In this document: positions 50,151 through 60,632 of the stretch, piece after piece
Layout: each line of letters starts with the position of its first letter
How positions within the stretch are numbered: the first letter of the stretch is position 1
Assembly: GCA_048940925.1 (NCBI GenBank)
Contig: JBHLOC010000001.1
Span: forward strand, 96,001-160,000
Reading direction: 5' to 3'
Length of the DNA stretch: 64,000 nt
Origin: Promethearchaeota archaeon
GTDB lineage: Archaea > Asgardarchaeota > Lokiarchaeia > Sigyniarchaeales > SOKP01
Translations under genes and position numbers: made by a program
Notes under the pieces: generated by a model
The model's input: only the letters and a program-made list of their open reading frames with translations
Database searches by the model: none
Told to the model about the DNA's origin: nothing

Positions 50151-51419
50151 TTATTCGATAGAAGGAATAGCCATTTCGACCAATTCTTCTTTGAAAGGTT
50201 CTTTTTCTTTCGAAAACCGATCTTTAGTAATCCAAAAAAGTAACCAAAACCCAATAATTGAAATCAGAGATAGAAATCCAGCGAAATACCATACCCAGTT
50301 TGGTCCAATATACTCCATAACTATTCCTGCAACTAAAACTCCAAACAGATTTGGAATCATCCACTGAAAAGCATACATAGCCATATACCTTCCGCGTTTA
50401 TCTTCTGAAGCAAATGTTGCTGCGACACTTTGACCAAGAGGGAATACAATACATTCACCTACTGTGATAATGCCCATAGCAACAAAAAACAGATATGGCT
50501 CAGAAATAAAACCATACATCCCAAAACCAATCATAAGAAAAATCGTTCCAAAAGCCATCATTTTCATCGGACTATATTTTGAAATCTTCCTAGTTATCCA
50601 GAATTGAAAAATCACTACTATTAGCGCATTCATACTTAGCAATAGGGCAAATCCTTGTACGGGGAACCCATGAACATCTCTTAAGAATACTGAAAGTGTA
50701 CTATTCATTTGCATATACACTAAAACCGTTATAGCTGACACTATAATAAATATCATAAATTTCCAGTCCTTTATTACTTCTTTATATCCTATTAGGGTTT
50801 TCATGACCGTTTCTTTTGAGGTGTCATCCTGAGTTTGAGGCTTGGTCTCTGGAATAACAATGAACACAATAATAGCTGTAATAATACTGCTTACTGCATC
50901 TGAAATAAATAATAAAAAATAGGATCTGGTTGCTATAAATCCACCTAAAAGAGGACCAATCACGGCTGAGAGATTAAAAGCTACTCGTAGGATTCCAAAT
51001 CCTTCGGTTTGTTTTTCTTTTGGAAGTAAATCCGCCACCATTGCTTGTCGTGCAGGACCTCCAAAATTGCCTATCAAACCTAGAAATGCTGCAAGTAGAT
51101 AAAAAGTATTTAAATTATTAGCTAATCCCATTAAGATACTTCCTATCCCGCTTACAATTAAACCAATTAATACCATTGCACGACGCCCATATTTATCAGC
51201 TAAGGCTCCTCCAATTATACCACCACATATATTTCCCATAGAGAAGATTGAAAATAGGTATCCTACTTCAATCATTCCTACACCAAAACGTTCAGTTATA
51301 TACAATGCATAAAAAGGATATAATAAGAAGCTTCCTAACATATCAATGAAAGTAGCAAGAGTTAGCACCTTAAATGTCGTAGGATATTCATTATATACCT
51401 TTTTAATTTTACTGAACAT
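50151..51419 (-). CDS. MFS transporter (MdtH-like), paralog B
   Basis: GALADKYGRR; colinear with and highly similar to 48618-49889. Confidence 0.92.
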   Translation of the reverse strand: MFSKIKKVYNEYPTTFKVLTLATFIDMLGSFLLYPFYALYITERFGVGMIEVGYLFSIFSMGNICGGIIGGALADKYGRRAMVLIGLIVSGIGSILMGLANNLNTFYLLAAFLGLIGNFGGPARQAMVADLLPKEKQTEGFGILRVAFNLSAVIGPLLGGFIATRSYFLLFISDAVSSIITAIIVFIVIPETKPQTQDDTSKETVMKTLIGYKEVIKDWKFMIFIIVSAITVLVYMQMNSTLSVFLRDVHGFPVQGFALLLSMNALIVVIFQFWITRKISKYSPMKMMAFGTIFLMIGFGMYGFISEPYLFFVAMGIITVGECIVFPLGQSVAATFASEDKRGRYMAMYAFQWMIPNLFGVLVAGIVMEYIGPNWVWYFAGFLSLISIIGFWLLFWITKDRFSKEKEPFKEELVEMAIPSIE

Positions 51420-51674
51420 AGTTAAGTCATCTGTTTAATAATTCAAGATCGTAAAACATAGAATGTTATTTTTAAAACATTTTCCAAAATATTAACAATA
51501 AAATCTACTATATGGTGGGTAAAATAAGTAAATTTGAATATTTATAGTTTAAAAAGTTGAACTTCATAGGAACCTTTGAACTATAAAAAAAGAAAGAATA
51601 ATAAAATTAAAACAAATTAGTATTTTTATTAAATTTATGATGAATTAATCCTTTAATAAACTAAAAAGTGAATT

Positions 51675-52925
51675 TTGAAAATGTATGATTATTTGTTAAC
51701 CCAGGAAAATCAAACTTTTAGAGAAGAAGTTCGCGAGTTTGTAAAAAATTCAGTTCCACCTTCTTTGTTGAAGAAAATGGATAAAGATGAGATTCAGTAT
51801 CCCTCAGATTGGTTGAAAGCTTTAGCGAAACAAAATCTAATTGGGATTAGATTCCCCAAAGAATATGGCGGTAGAGGTTTGAATTGGGAAAGTGAAATCA
51901 TTGCTCAAGAAGAAATAGGAGTATTAGGGAGCTCCCTTGCATGCTTGTTTTCATTACCAAGTATTTGTGGAGAAGCTCTAAACATGTTTGGCACAGAAAA
52001 CCAAAAGCAGAAATACCTTAAACCTATGTGTGAAGGAAAGAAATTTACGGCTGAAGCTTTAACAGAACCAAGAGGAGGATCAGATTTCTTTGGAGCAACG
52101 TGTACAGCAACTAAAGATGGAAATTATTATATTTTAAATGGAGAAAAACGATTTGTTGTTGGTGCGGAAGGTGCTGATTTCTTCTTAGTTTATGCTAAGA
52201 CTAATTTAGATCCTAAAGCAGATCCTCATAAAGCTTTAAGCTTATTTATAGTCGATAGAACAGAAGGTGTTAATACAGAATATTTATATAATTTACTTGG
52301 TACTAGAGGTGGTGGGGCCGGGAGAATTAGATTTGTTGATGTTAAAGTTCCAAAAGAAAATGTAGTTCTTGAGGAAGGTGCTGGTGGAAAAATCTTTTAT
52401 CAAATGATGGTTCCTGAGCGATTAACTACTGCATCAGGTTTTATAGGGCTTGCTCGTGCTTGTTTACGAATAGCGACAAAATATAGTACAAAAAGAAAAG
52501 CATTTGGACAACCGATCAGAAATTTTCAAGGAGTTAGCTTTTTAATAACTGATAGTATCACACTTTTAGACGCAGTAAGAGCTATTGTTTATAATACTGC
52601 TAGAAGTATCGATGCAGGAGCTCCAGCTGCGCTTCAAAGGCGATTAGTATCTGAATCAAAGAGGTTTTCAACGAAATCGTGTTGGAAAATAATAAATAAT
52701 TCGATGCAAGTTTTGGGAGGTATTGGTTATACAACAGTTTATCCAATAGAAAGATTACTCCGCGATGCCAGAATAGGTGAAATTTGGACGGGAACAACGG
52801 AAATAATGAATTTAATAATCCAACATGAGTATTATAAGGAAATTGTAAGTGATAAATGGCTTGGTCGTGATGTAGAAAGAGATGGTATTGATGCTAACCA
52901 TGAAGAAGAAAAACATTATGGTTAA
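51675..52925 (+). CDS. Acyl-CoA dehydrogenase
   Basis: ALTEPRGGSD, LNGEKRF, RKAFGQPI..FQ, QVLGGIGY, RDARI..IW.GT.EI. Confidence 0.95.
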   Translation: MKMYDYLLTQENQTFREEVREFVKNSVPPSLLKKMDKDEIQYPSDWLKALAKQNLIGIRFPKEYGGRGLNWESEIIAQEEIGVLGSSLACLFSLPSICGEALNMFGTENQKQKYLKPMCEGKKFTAEALTEPRGGSDFFGATCTATKDGNYYILNGEKRFVVGAEGADFFLVYAKTNLDPKADPHKALSLFIVDRTEGVNTEYLYNLLGTRGGGAGRIRFVDVKVPKENVVLEEGAGGKIFYQMMVPERLTTASGFIGLARACLRIATKYSTKRKAFGQPIRNFQGVSFLITDSITLLDAVRAIVYNTARSIDAGAPAALQRRLVSESKRFSTKSCWKIINNSMQVLGGIGYTTVYPIERLLRDARIGEIWTGTTEIMNLIIQHEYYKEIVSDKWLGRDVERDGIDANHEEEKHYG

Positions 52926-53003
52926 ATTGTCATAATGAAATTAAAGAAAAAATTTTTTTATTAAAATTTTATTTAGAACATATTCACCATAAAGAGAGTC
53001 CTA

Positions 53004-54224
53004 ATGAATAGAGATATTATAACCACTTTAAATCTTTCGGTTGTCACGTTTCTTGTATTATTAGGATTGAGTATTATCGCTCCAATATTACCTTATTATG
53101 CCGAGTCTTTTAATGTGAATTACACACTAGTTGGACTTGTTGTGGCGGCATTTGGGATAGCTCGTATGTTTATTGATTTACCTGCAGGATTTTTGGCTCA
53201 AAGATATAAAAAAAAGAGCTTAATGCTTTTTGGATTGATACTTGTATCCTTTTCCTCAATCATGGCAGGACTAGCCCAAAATTATTGGATCTTACTAATT
53301 GCTCGGTTTATTGAAGGATTTGGTTCTGCAATTTATGTAACAACTGCTACTATATTTATTGCATTGGTAGCTAGCCCAGAGAGACGAGGATTTTTAATGA
53401 GTATTTATTCCGGATTTTTATTATTAGGAGCAATTTTTGGACCGAGTTTTGGTGGTTTTATAGCGAATTCTTATGGTATTAATGTCCCATTTTTTGTCTA
53501 CGCTATTATATCTGCTAGTGGGATTATCCCAACTCTCATTTTACCTAATGTAAATAATTCGAATGATGATGGAAATATCAAGATACAGGAACTTTATCAA
53601 CAAGCATGGTATAGTTTAAAAGATCCAAAATTTATACCAGTACTTCCATCAATTTTTTCATTGTTCTTTATACGAACGGGAGTGAGAAGTACACTTGTAC
53701 CTCTTTTTTCCGAAAATGATCTTGGTTTAAATGAATTCCATATTGGCATACTACTAACTTTAGCGGGTATTGCAACCGCTATTACAATGGTACTTATAGG
53801 TTTAGTTTCAGATAAAATAGGACGCCGTACACCATTACTACTATCTCTTATTATTTCTGCTCCAATAACTCTATGGCTTGCTTTTACAACAAATTTTATT
53901 TATATTTCATTAGTTATGTTTATTTATGGAGCTATAATTGGATTATCGGGTCCAATTGCAGCTTACGTTACAGATATTGCTCCTAAAGATAAGCTTGAGA
54001 TTTATATGGGAGTGTATAGGACGATTGGAGACATAGGTTTCGTAATTGGACCATTGTTAATGGGATTTGTCGTAGATCTTACTATGTTTACTACTATGAG
54101 GGGAGGATCTCTTATAGAAGTGGTAGGATGGCCACCTTTCGCGGTAGCCGCTTGTATAATGCTTTTAACAGGATTAATTCTTCTTAAAGCACCTGATCTT
54201 AGGCAGAAGGATTTAATTACTTAA
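53004..54224 (+). CDS. MFS transporter (DHA1-like)
   Basis: 12 TMs; ARFIEGFG, GP..GG, SDKIGRR. Confidence 0.92.
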   Translation: MNRDIITTLNLSVVTFLVLLGLSIIAPILPYYAESFNVNYTLVGLVVAAFGIARMFIDLPAGFLAQRYKKKSLMLFGLILVSFSSIMAGLAQNYWILLIARFIEGFGSAIYVTTATIFIALVASPERRGFLMSIYSGFLLLGAIFGPSFGGFIANSYGINVPFFVYAIISASGIIPTLILPNVNNSNDDGNIKIQELYQQAWYSLKDPKFIPVLPSIFSLFFIRTGVRSTLVPLFSENDLGLNEFHIGILLTLAGIATAITMVLIGLVSDKIGRRTPLLLSLIISAPITLWLAFTTNFIYISLVMFIYGAIIGLSGPIAAYVTDIAPKDKLEIYMGVYRTIGDIGFVIGPLLMGFVVDLTMFTTMRGGSLIEVVGWPPFAVAACIMLLTGLILLKAPDLRQKDLIT

Positions 54225-54254
54225 TTTTTTTCTTTCATCATAAAATATTCTTAT

Positions 54255-54653
54255 GATTCATATTTGAATCCGAGGGCAAATGATCCAAAATTTTCTCTTA
54301 CCTTTTTTTCGCTTTGTTTATATAATCTTATTTCCAGCTCAATATACACTATTTTATAGCTTTTAAAATTAATCTTTAATTTCGGTAAATTTTTGGTAGG
54401 AAATCACGTTTTATGCAATATATTTCGATTTTGATTTGATAACTAGCGAATATTTACTAATAAATCCAATCCATTTTAAATTTTAATAGAAGACATTAGG
54501 ATAAGTGAAAATTAGACTAACCCAAGGGAAATAAGGGATTTAATAACCCAATATGAACATTATAAGGAATTTTAAAGGAAGAAATGGTAAGGACAAGATA
54601 TTCAAAATGAAGCTATCGATAGTGAGGCAAAAATAGAAAAACATTACGGATAA
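54255..54653 (+). pseudogene. Decayed acyl-CoA dehydrogenase paralog
   Basis: 54486-54653 translates IEDIRISEN*TNPREIRDLITQYEHYKEF*RKKW*GQDIQNEAIDSEAKIEKHYG*, gaplessly colinear with the last 55 aa of the ACAD at 51675-52925. Additional weaker matching fragments at about 54392 and 54255. Confidence 0.85.
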
Positions 54654-54711
54654 AGAATAATTGATATATAAAATAAAAAAAAGGTATAAAGGATTTTTTG
54701 GCTAATATTTA

Positions 54712-55959
54712 TTATTTGAACGAAGATATTATTCCTAAGTTTGAATCTAATAAATTTCCTAAACAAAAATAAATATTGCTTTTACTATCAATAAAAAATG
54801 AACCGACGGTTCCTACTTCCATTGGGTCTCCTGTTGTAAAACTTCTTGAAATTTGTGTATCTGTGTAAATTTTGAATAATTCCTCAATATCTATATTTCC
54901 ATCTTGACAATAATTAAGACATAATTCAGAAACTCTATAATATCGTTCTAAATATTTCAAAGGATAAATCATAAACGTTCTGAATGACTCATTTTCGTAG
55001 ATGTTTGCATCAAAAGTATAGCTTCCTCTTTTAATTCTCTCCAACGAATATGAATTAGGAATTGCTTCTATTGCTAACATAGTTCTTCTATTTCTTATAA
55101 TATAATTCCATCCTAATGTAAAGTTATTAGAAATAATAATGTCTTTTGCTTGTTTAACAAATTTAGTGTTTTCTAATGCATTTCTGTATATAATTGAGAG
55201 AGGGACACCTGAACATCCATAATTAAAGACTTCAATTAAATTTACAGAAATAGAAAGTCCCCATTTATTTATTCCACCCATAGCCAACATACTACCCATT
55301 CTAAATGAGAAAACTTTTTTGTTATTCATCTTCGTATAAACCCACGATACCGTAGGCATCATTAAGAGAGTAAGGTCAATTGTTTGTCCAAAAATTGTTT
55401 TCTTATTAGTATGAGATCCTATTGCAGTACAACCTCCCGCAATTAATGATGATTGTGGATAACCTGAAAGTGTTGGGATAATTTTTCCGTAGTAAATATC
55501 CCAAAAACAATTTTGGACTAGGACATCAATAAAATCAATTGAAATTTCGTAAATTTCACCCATAAATGGAATATTTACAACATCTATAGCATCAGCTATT
55601 CCATGCATTTCATATAGATATTCTTCAGGTATATATGGGAGATAATCCATTGTATAATACAACGCTAGATCATATGAAAGTCCTATTTCCTGAGCTTGGA
55701 GTATTATCATAAGTTTCATCCAAGCGATATGAAAAGCCAGGTTTTTACCTTCTAAAAATCCAAGGGTATAATAATTATCTGCTTCCACATATAAATAAGG
55801 TTGATTATTAGAAAATCTCCATTCAGCATAATTACTTTCAATATCATCTTTTGTACAGGCGTTAGCAAACGTTACAAATTCTGAACAAAAAGTTATTCCC
55901 AGAATGAATAGTAATAGAACTGATTTTTTTTTTGATTGCATTATTCTTATACCTAACAA
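54712..55959 (-). CDS. Secreted Ntn-hydrolase (peptidase C45 / acid ceramidase-like); start may be 55941
   Basis: Signal-peptide-like N-terminus; LG..EG, EMHGIADA; nucleophile GCTAIG; GQTID; GINKWGL. Confidence 0.8.
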   Translation of the reverse strand: MLGIRIMQSKKKSVLLLFILGITFCSEFVTFANACTKDDIESNYAEWRFSNNQPYLYVEADNYYTLGFLEGKNLAFHIAWMKLMIILQAQEIGLSYDLALYYTMDYLPYIPEEYLYEMHGIADAIDVVNIPFMGEIYEISIDFIDVLVQNCFWDIYYGKIIPTLSGYPQSSLIAGGCTAIGSHTNKKTIFGQTIDLTLLMMPTVSWVYTKMNNKKVFSFRMGSMLAMGGINKWGLSISVNLIEVFNYGCSGVPLSIIYRNALENTKFVKQAKDIIISNNFTLGWNYIIRNRRTMLAIEAIPNSYSLERIKRGSYTFDANIYENESFRTFMIYPLKYLERYYRVSELCLNYCQDGNIDIEELFKIYTDTQISRSFTTGDPMEVGTVGSFFIDSKSNIYFCLGNLLDSNLGIISSFK

Positions 55960-56044
55960 AATGATTTGTAATAATATTTCTTAATTAAGAGATTTAAATC
56001 CCATGTATTCTCTTCTTATCAATTAAGAATAACTTATAAAAGAT

Positions 56045-56305
56045 TTATTTTAAAGCCTTCACTTTGAAATAATCAATAGTAATAGTATGCTTTGTCTCAA
56101 TAATATCTCCAATTATCAACACTTTTTGATTTAAAAAATTATGCAATACAGGATCTTTTTCCCACATATGGGTCTTTTTTCTTACAAGGACTTCTGTCCA
56201 TCTGCTTTTGTAATCATCCAATGGTGTAATGAAATATTCGGGTCCTTCCGATCTTGTACCCTTTCCTTTTATCACGGCATAAAGAGTTCCTCTAATCTCA
56301 TTCAT
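56045..56305 (-). CDS. Small hypothetical protein, possibly OB-fold
   Basis: G.L...KGTRSEG.EYFI...DPVL..F.NQKV.I.G; beta-rich; co-oriented with the pfk gene. Confidence 0.6.
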   Translation of the reverse strand: MNEIRGTLYAVIKGKGTRSEGPEYFITPLDDYKSRWTEVLVRKKTHMWEKDPVLHNFLNQKVLIIGDIIETKHTITIDYFKVKALK

Positions 56306-56404
56306 GGTTTAAATAATTATTTTATATATGTATTAATGATAATATAACAGAAAGTTTAAGGAAAATAACTAACCTCAACATTCTATGTAATTAATTATTA
56401 TGTT

Positions 56405-57559
56405 TTATTTTTGTTTAGATAAATAGCGGATTTTTACTAAAAGATCTCTTAATTCCATTTTATCATTCTCTGGAGTTAAATATTTCTTTTTAACTCCTTC
56501 TGATAGTGGAACTGTTTTAATTTTATTTCCTTGTAAAGATACCATATTCCCAAATTTACCTTCCAATACTAGTTTCATCGCTGCTAAGCCAAATCTTAAA
56601 CCAAGTATTCTATCGAAAGAGTTGGGATGTCCAGCACGCATGGTATGTCCAAGAACTACACTACGACATTCGAAATCGATATCATTTTTTTTAAATTCTT
56701 CTTTTAAGTCATCTCTTAAATTTAATTCCTCAACAATTATTTGAGATATTCCTAATTTAGCTAATAATGGATTCCCAAATACATCTTTAGGTAATTTATC
56801 AATTGTATCTTTCGATATTGTCTTAAAATCTCGATTTAAAGACTCAAAGCTTGGATAAGCGCCTTCTGATGTAGCAATTATATGATACTTATAACCCGCT
56901 TTAACTCTTTTTTTCAAAATCTCTATTACATCTCTGTCTAAATCAAAAGGAGTTTCAGGAATTAAAACTATATCAGCACCAGCTGAAATTCCACTATACA
57001 TTGTTAGAAAACCAGCATCTCTTCCCATAATCTCTACTATAAACACTCTTTGATGAGAATGTGCTGTAGTTGTTAAATTATCAAGTGTATCTGAGGCTAA
57101 TTGAACAGCACTCCAAAAACCAAATGTATAATGCGTTCCTGCCAGGTCATTATCTATAGTTTTTGGGACACCAACTACATTAGCTTTAGTAAATTTATAC
57201 ATAGAATCTGCGACTCCTAGAGTATCATCCCCTCCAATAACTATTAGGGCTTCAATTCCTAATTTTTCATATTGCTTGGTTAATTCTTTTGCCTTTTCTT
57301 CCTTTGAACTTACTCCCTTAAATGGGTTAGTCCTACTAGTATATAGGATAGTTCCACCGACTGTATGTAAGTCATCATGTTGTGCTATATCAAGTGGAAT
57401 TGTTTGATTTTCTATAAATCCTTTCCAACCTTTTAATATTCCAACACAATCAATCTCTGCATCATAAGCTTTAAGCATTATCCCATATATAACTGAATTC
57501 AAACCTGGACAATCTCCCCCTCCTGTTAAAATTCCAACTTTTTTTATTCGATTTACCAT
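56405..57559 (-). CDS. pfp: PfkA-family 6-phosphofructokinase, PPi-dependent signature
   Basis: GGDCPGLN, GGDD, PKTIDND, EIMGRDAG, LGH..R.G. Confidence 0.88.
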   Translation of the reverse strand: MVNRIKKVGILTGGGDCPGLNSVIYGIMLKAYDAEIDCVGILKGWKGFIENQTIPLDIAQHDDLHTVGGTILYTSRTNPFKGVSSKEEKAKELTKQYEKLGIEALIVIGGDDTLGVADSMYKFTKANVVGVPKTIDNDLAGTHYTFGFWSAVQLASDTLDNLTTTAHSHQRVFIVEIMGRDAGFLTMYSGISAGADIVLIPETPFDLDRDVIEILKKRVKAGYKYHIIATSEGAYPSFESLNRDFKTISKDTIDKLPKDVFGNPLLAKLGISQIIVEELNLRDDLKEEFKKNDIDFECRSVVLGHTMRAGHPNSFDRILGLRFGLAAMKLVLEGKFGNMVSLQGNKIKTVPLSEGVKKKYLTPENDKMELRDLLVKIRYLSKQK

Positions 57560-57639
57560 ATTAATTTACACTTTAAATCTCATGAAGTAATAACAAGTTA
57601 TTTTATAATTAAGAATCATAATTATTTTATATTTTATAT

Positions 57640-58209
57640 TTAATCTATTTTCGTTTCCTTAATTTTCTCAAATCTATATTTTGACTCTTCCCAGGGAATG
57701 ATATAACTTCCTCCTTGGGTGTCTGTTATTTTTAAACTAAATTTAAATTTACCATCAATAGCTAGCTTTAAATTACGAATTAGATCGTCAATTTCACTCT
57801 TTTCTGGATCATTTTCTTCAAGATTATTTCTATAAATTAAAAGCGCATTTTCAAATCGGAGTAATATACCTTCTACATTTGTATAATAAAAATCTGCTCT
57901 CGGACCAGGTTGGACTGTTAATTCTAATTCTGGAATTTCTAATTTACCCATTGGTGAACGATAGACTTTAGATTTAAGATCATCTTCATTTGTTATTTGT
58001 AAAGTCATAATCCCTGGTTTCATGTTTGTTGTTAGAGGGATAATATCATTTTTATGAAAATTACAAGCGTTACATTCAAATTTTAATATAAGCATTTTAT
58101 CCCCATCTGGAAGTTTATAAATACTCTTTATAATATCTATGGTTCCATCTTTACATGAAGGACATTTATAAGAATAAATTACTTCACTAATTCTGTTATC
58201 ATTAGACAT
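57640..58209 (-). CDS. ZPR1 zinc finger protein (archaeal single-module type)
   Basis: CPSC...CNACNF, IPELEL.V.PG, TNVEG.L, D..G.SYI. Confidence 0.9.
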   Translation of the reverse strand: MSNDNRISEVIYSYKCPSCKDGTIDIIKSIYKLPDGDKMLILKFECNACNFHKNDIIPLTTNMKPGIMTLQITNEDDLKSKVYRSPMGKLEIPELELTVQPGPRADFYYTNVEGILLRFENALLIYRNNLEENDPEKSEIDDLIRNLKLAIDGKFKFSLKITDTQGGSYIIPWEESKYRFEKIKETKID

Positions 58210-58441
58210 ATAAATATTTCCTATTTTTTTTAAACAAAATAAATATAGAATTATTGTATTATTTCTTAAAATTGGTCTGAAATAATATTTCCTTGAAAAT
58301 AAATTAATTATTATAACAATTATTAATATAAATTCTATATTACTGTTTCATATTGCAGTTAAATAAGTAAAATCAATAGAACTTTTATTCATTGTGCCTT
58401 TATTGGACATATTGCATTCAATACAAATTAAGTATAGATAG

Positions 58442-59029
58442 TTGAATAAATTGTCAGACAACCAAAAGATTGTAGAAATAGCTATGCATTGTAGGGGGGG
58501 TCAAACCTGTATTACAGCAAGCCAATTATTGGCGGAAATGGCATTTGAAGAGGGATTCCAAGACACAATAGCTATCCCTATAATAGGAGCTGAACGAAGA
58601 GGTGCTCCAATACAGGCTTTTACGAAAATTTCTAAGAGTAAGGCTATTAAAACATATGATAGTGTAATTGATCCAGATTATATATTTATATTTGATAAGT
58701 CTTTATTAGAAATACCCCAGATAAAGGCTACAATAAAGGAGGGTGTAAATTTATTAATTAATAGTGCAGATCCAATTGATTCAAGTGATTTCCCGAATAA
58801 TTTGAAGATCTTTAATGTAGATGCTACTGGTATTTGTATTAAACATGATTTTATGCATGCAAGTGGGCCAATTTTGAATATTCCGATGTTAGGAGCCTTT
58901 GGTAAGATAACAGGGTATTATAACCTTAAAACAATGGAAAAAGTCATTAAAAAAGAATTTGGAGAAAATAGATTAGAAAAAAATATGAGCGTAGCAAGAG
59001 ACGCTTATGAATCTGTAAGAGAGATGTAG
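58442..59029 (+). CDS. porG: Pyruvate/2-oxoacid:ferredoxin oxidoreductase gamma subunit
   Basis: H.RGGQ, GAERRGAP, N..MLGA. Confidence 0.9.
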   Translation: MNKLSDNQKIVEIAMHCRGGQTCITASQLLAEMAFEEGFQDTIAIPIIGAERRGAPIQAFTKISKSKAIKTYDSVIDPDYIFIFDKSLLEIPQIKATIKEGVNLLINSADPIDSSDFPNNLKIFNVDATGICIKHDFMHASGPILNIPMLGAFGKITGYYNLKTMEKVIKKEFGENRLEKNMSVARDAYESVREM

Positions 59030-59031
59030 TT

Positions 59032-59379
59032 ATGTCTGAATCAGAAAAATGGAAAAAAATTAATAAATCTGTTAAAGAACGTCCTAAAGTTCAAGAATAC
59101 AAGAATTGGAAAGAATTACCGCCTATTCCAATTTCATTACCTATTGATGGAAATATTGGTGAAACAGGTGATTGGAGAACTTTTAGACCAATTATTAAAG
59201 AAGGATGTAATAAATGTGGTATATGTTGGATGTATTGTCCAGAAGGTGTAATCCAAAGGAAAGAAAATGGAGAATTTGAGATTGATTTATTATATTGTAA
59301 AGGTTGTGGTATATGTGCTAAGGAATGTCCAACAAATAATATAGAAATGGTTAGAGAGAGTGATATAAAAGATGGTTGA
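59032..59379 (+). CDS. porD: Pyruvate/2-oxoacid:ferredoxin oxidoreductase delta subunit (2x[4Fe-4S])
   Basis: TGDWRTFRP, C..C..C...CP, YCKGCGICAKECP. Confidence 0.92.
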   Translation: MSESEKWKKINKSVKERPKVQEYKNWKELPPIPISLPIDGNIGETGDWRTFRPIIKEGCNKCGICWMYCPEGVIQRKENGEFEIDLLYCKGCGICAKECPTNNIEMVRESDIKDG

Positions 59380-60628
59380 AATTCAGGAAAATTTTATACA
59401 AAAGAGAGAAACTATCATAATAAAAGGAAATGTAGCAGCTGCATATGCTGCAAAATCAGCACGAGTTCAGGTCATTAGTGCATATCCAATAACTCCACAA
59501 ACTACAGTAGTTGAAAAACTTTCTGAATTTGTGGATAATGGAGAAATGCCTGGCACAGAATATATAAAAATGGAATCTGAACATAGCGTTTTTGCTGCTG
59601 TAGTTGGTGCTAGTAAAGCAGGAACTCGAACTTTTACTGCTACCTCAGGTCAAGGTATTTTTTATGCTCATGAAATGATTCACTGGGCTGCAGGAGCAAG
59701 ATTACCAATAATAGTTGCTATAGCATCTCGAGGTCCTGCCCCTCCCTGGAATATTTGGGCTGATTTCACTGATGTGATAAGTCAACGTGATACTGGATGG
59801 ATGAATTGTTTTTGCGCAGAACATCAAGAAATATATGACGAAATTTTAATGTCATATAAACTATGTGAAGATCCTAATATTCTTCTACCTAAGTTTGTAT
59901 CTTATGGAGGCTTTATTCTTTCCCATACCTCAAAACCAGTGATTCTCGAAGATCAAGATCTTGTAGATAAATTTTTGCCACCATTACCAAGTGAGGAAGG
60001 TTGGCCACATATCTGGATGGATCCAAAGAGACCAATGATGTTTGGTAATCTTATCATGCCTTCAAGTTTTTATTATGAATTTAGATTAAAAATTCATGAC
60101 GCATTGATACGAGCAAAAGAAAAAATTAAAAAGGTTGCTAAAGAATTTGAGAAAACTTTTGGGAGGAGTTATGGTAATGGATTAATTCAACAACATGAAA
60201 TGGATGATGCGGATGTAGGGGTAATTATTTATGGAGATTTAGCTTTACAAATGGAACAAGCAATAGATGATTTAAGAGAAGAAGGATATAAAGTTGGAAT
60301 GGTAAAATTAAGACATTTCAGACCCTTTCCAACAGAAGATATTATTGAAGTTGCAAAAAAAGTAAAGCTTCTTGGAGTAATTGATAGGGCAACTGCATTT
60401 GGTAGTCAGACTGGAGGTCCTGTAAGTTGTGAAGTTAAAGGAGTATTGCACGAAACCAAGGGAACAGCAACTGTATTACCGATTATTAATGGTTTAGGGG
60501 GTAGGGAAGTTTCACTTGAACAACAAAAAAATCAAATTATAAATTTGGTAAAATATGCTGAAACTGGAGAACTTCCAAAAGATGTGATTCATGGAACTCT
60601 CTGGGATGGTTTATTGGAGGTTGAATAA
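59372..60628 (+). CDS. porA: Pyruvate/2-oxoacid:ferredoxin oxidoreductase alpha subunit
   Basis: AYPITPQT, ESEH, TATSGQG, FRPFP, GLGGR. Confidence 0.93.
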   Translation: MVEIQENFIQKRETIIIKGNVAAAYAAKSARVQVISAYPITPQTTVVEKLSEFVDNGEMPGTEYIKMESEHSVFAAVVGASKAGTRTFTATSGQGIFYAHEMIHWAAGARLPIIVAIASRGPAPPWNIWADFTDVISQRDTGWMNCFCAEHQEIYDEILMSYKLCEDPNILLPKFVSYGGFILSHTSKPVILEDQDLVDKFLPPLPSEEGWPHIWMDPKRPMMFGNLIMPSSFYYEFRLKIHDALIRAKEKIKKVAKEFEKTFGRSYGNGLIQQHEMDDADVGVIIYGDLALQMEQAIDDLREEGYKVGMVKLRHFRPFPTEDIIEVAKKVKLLGVIDRATAFGSQTGGPVSCEVKGVLHETKGTATVLPIINGLGGREVSLEQQKNQIINLVKYAETGELPKDVIHGTLWDGLLEVE

Positions 60629-60632
60629 AGAA

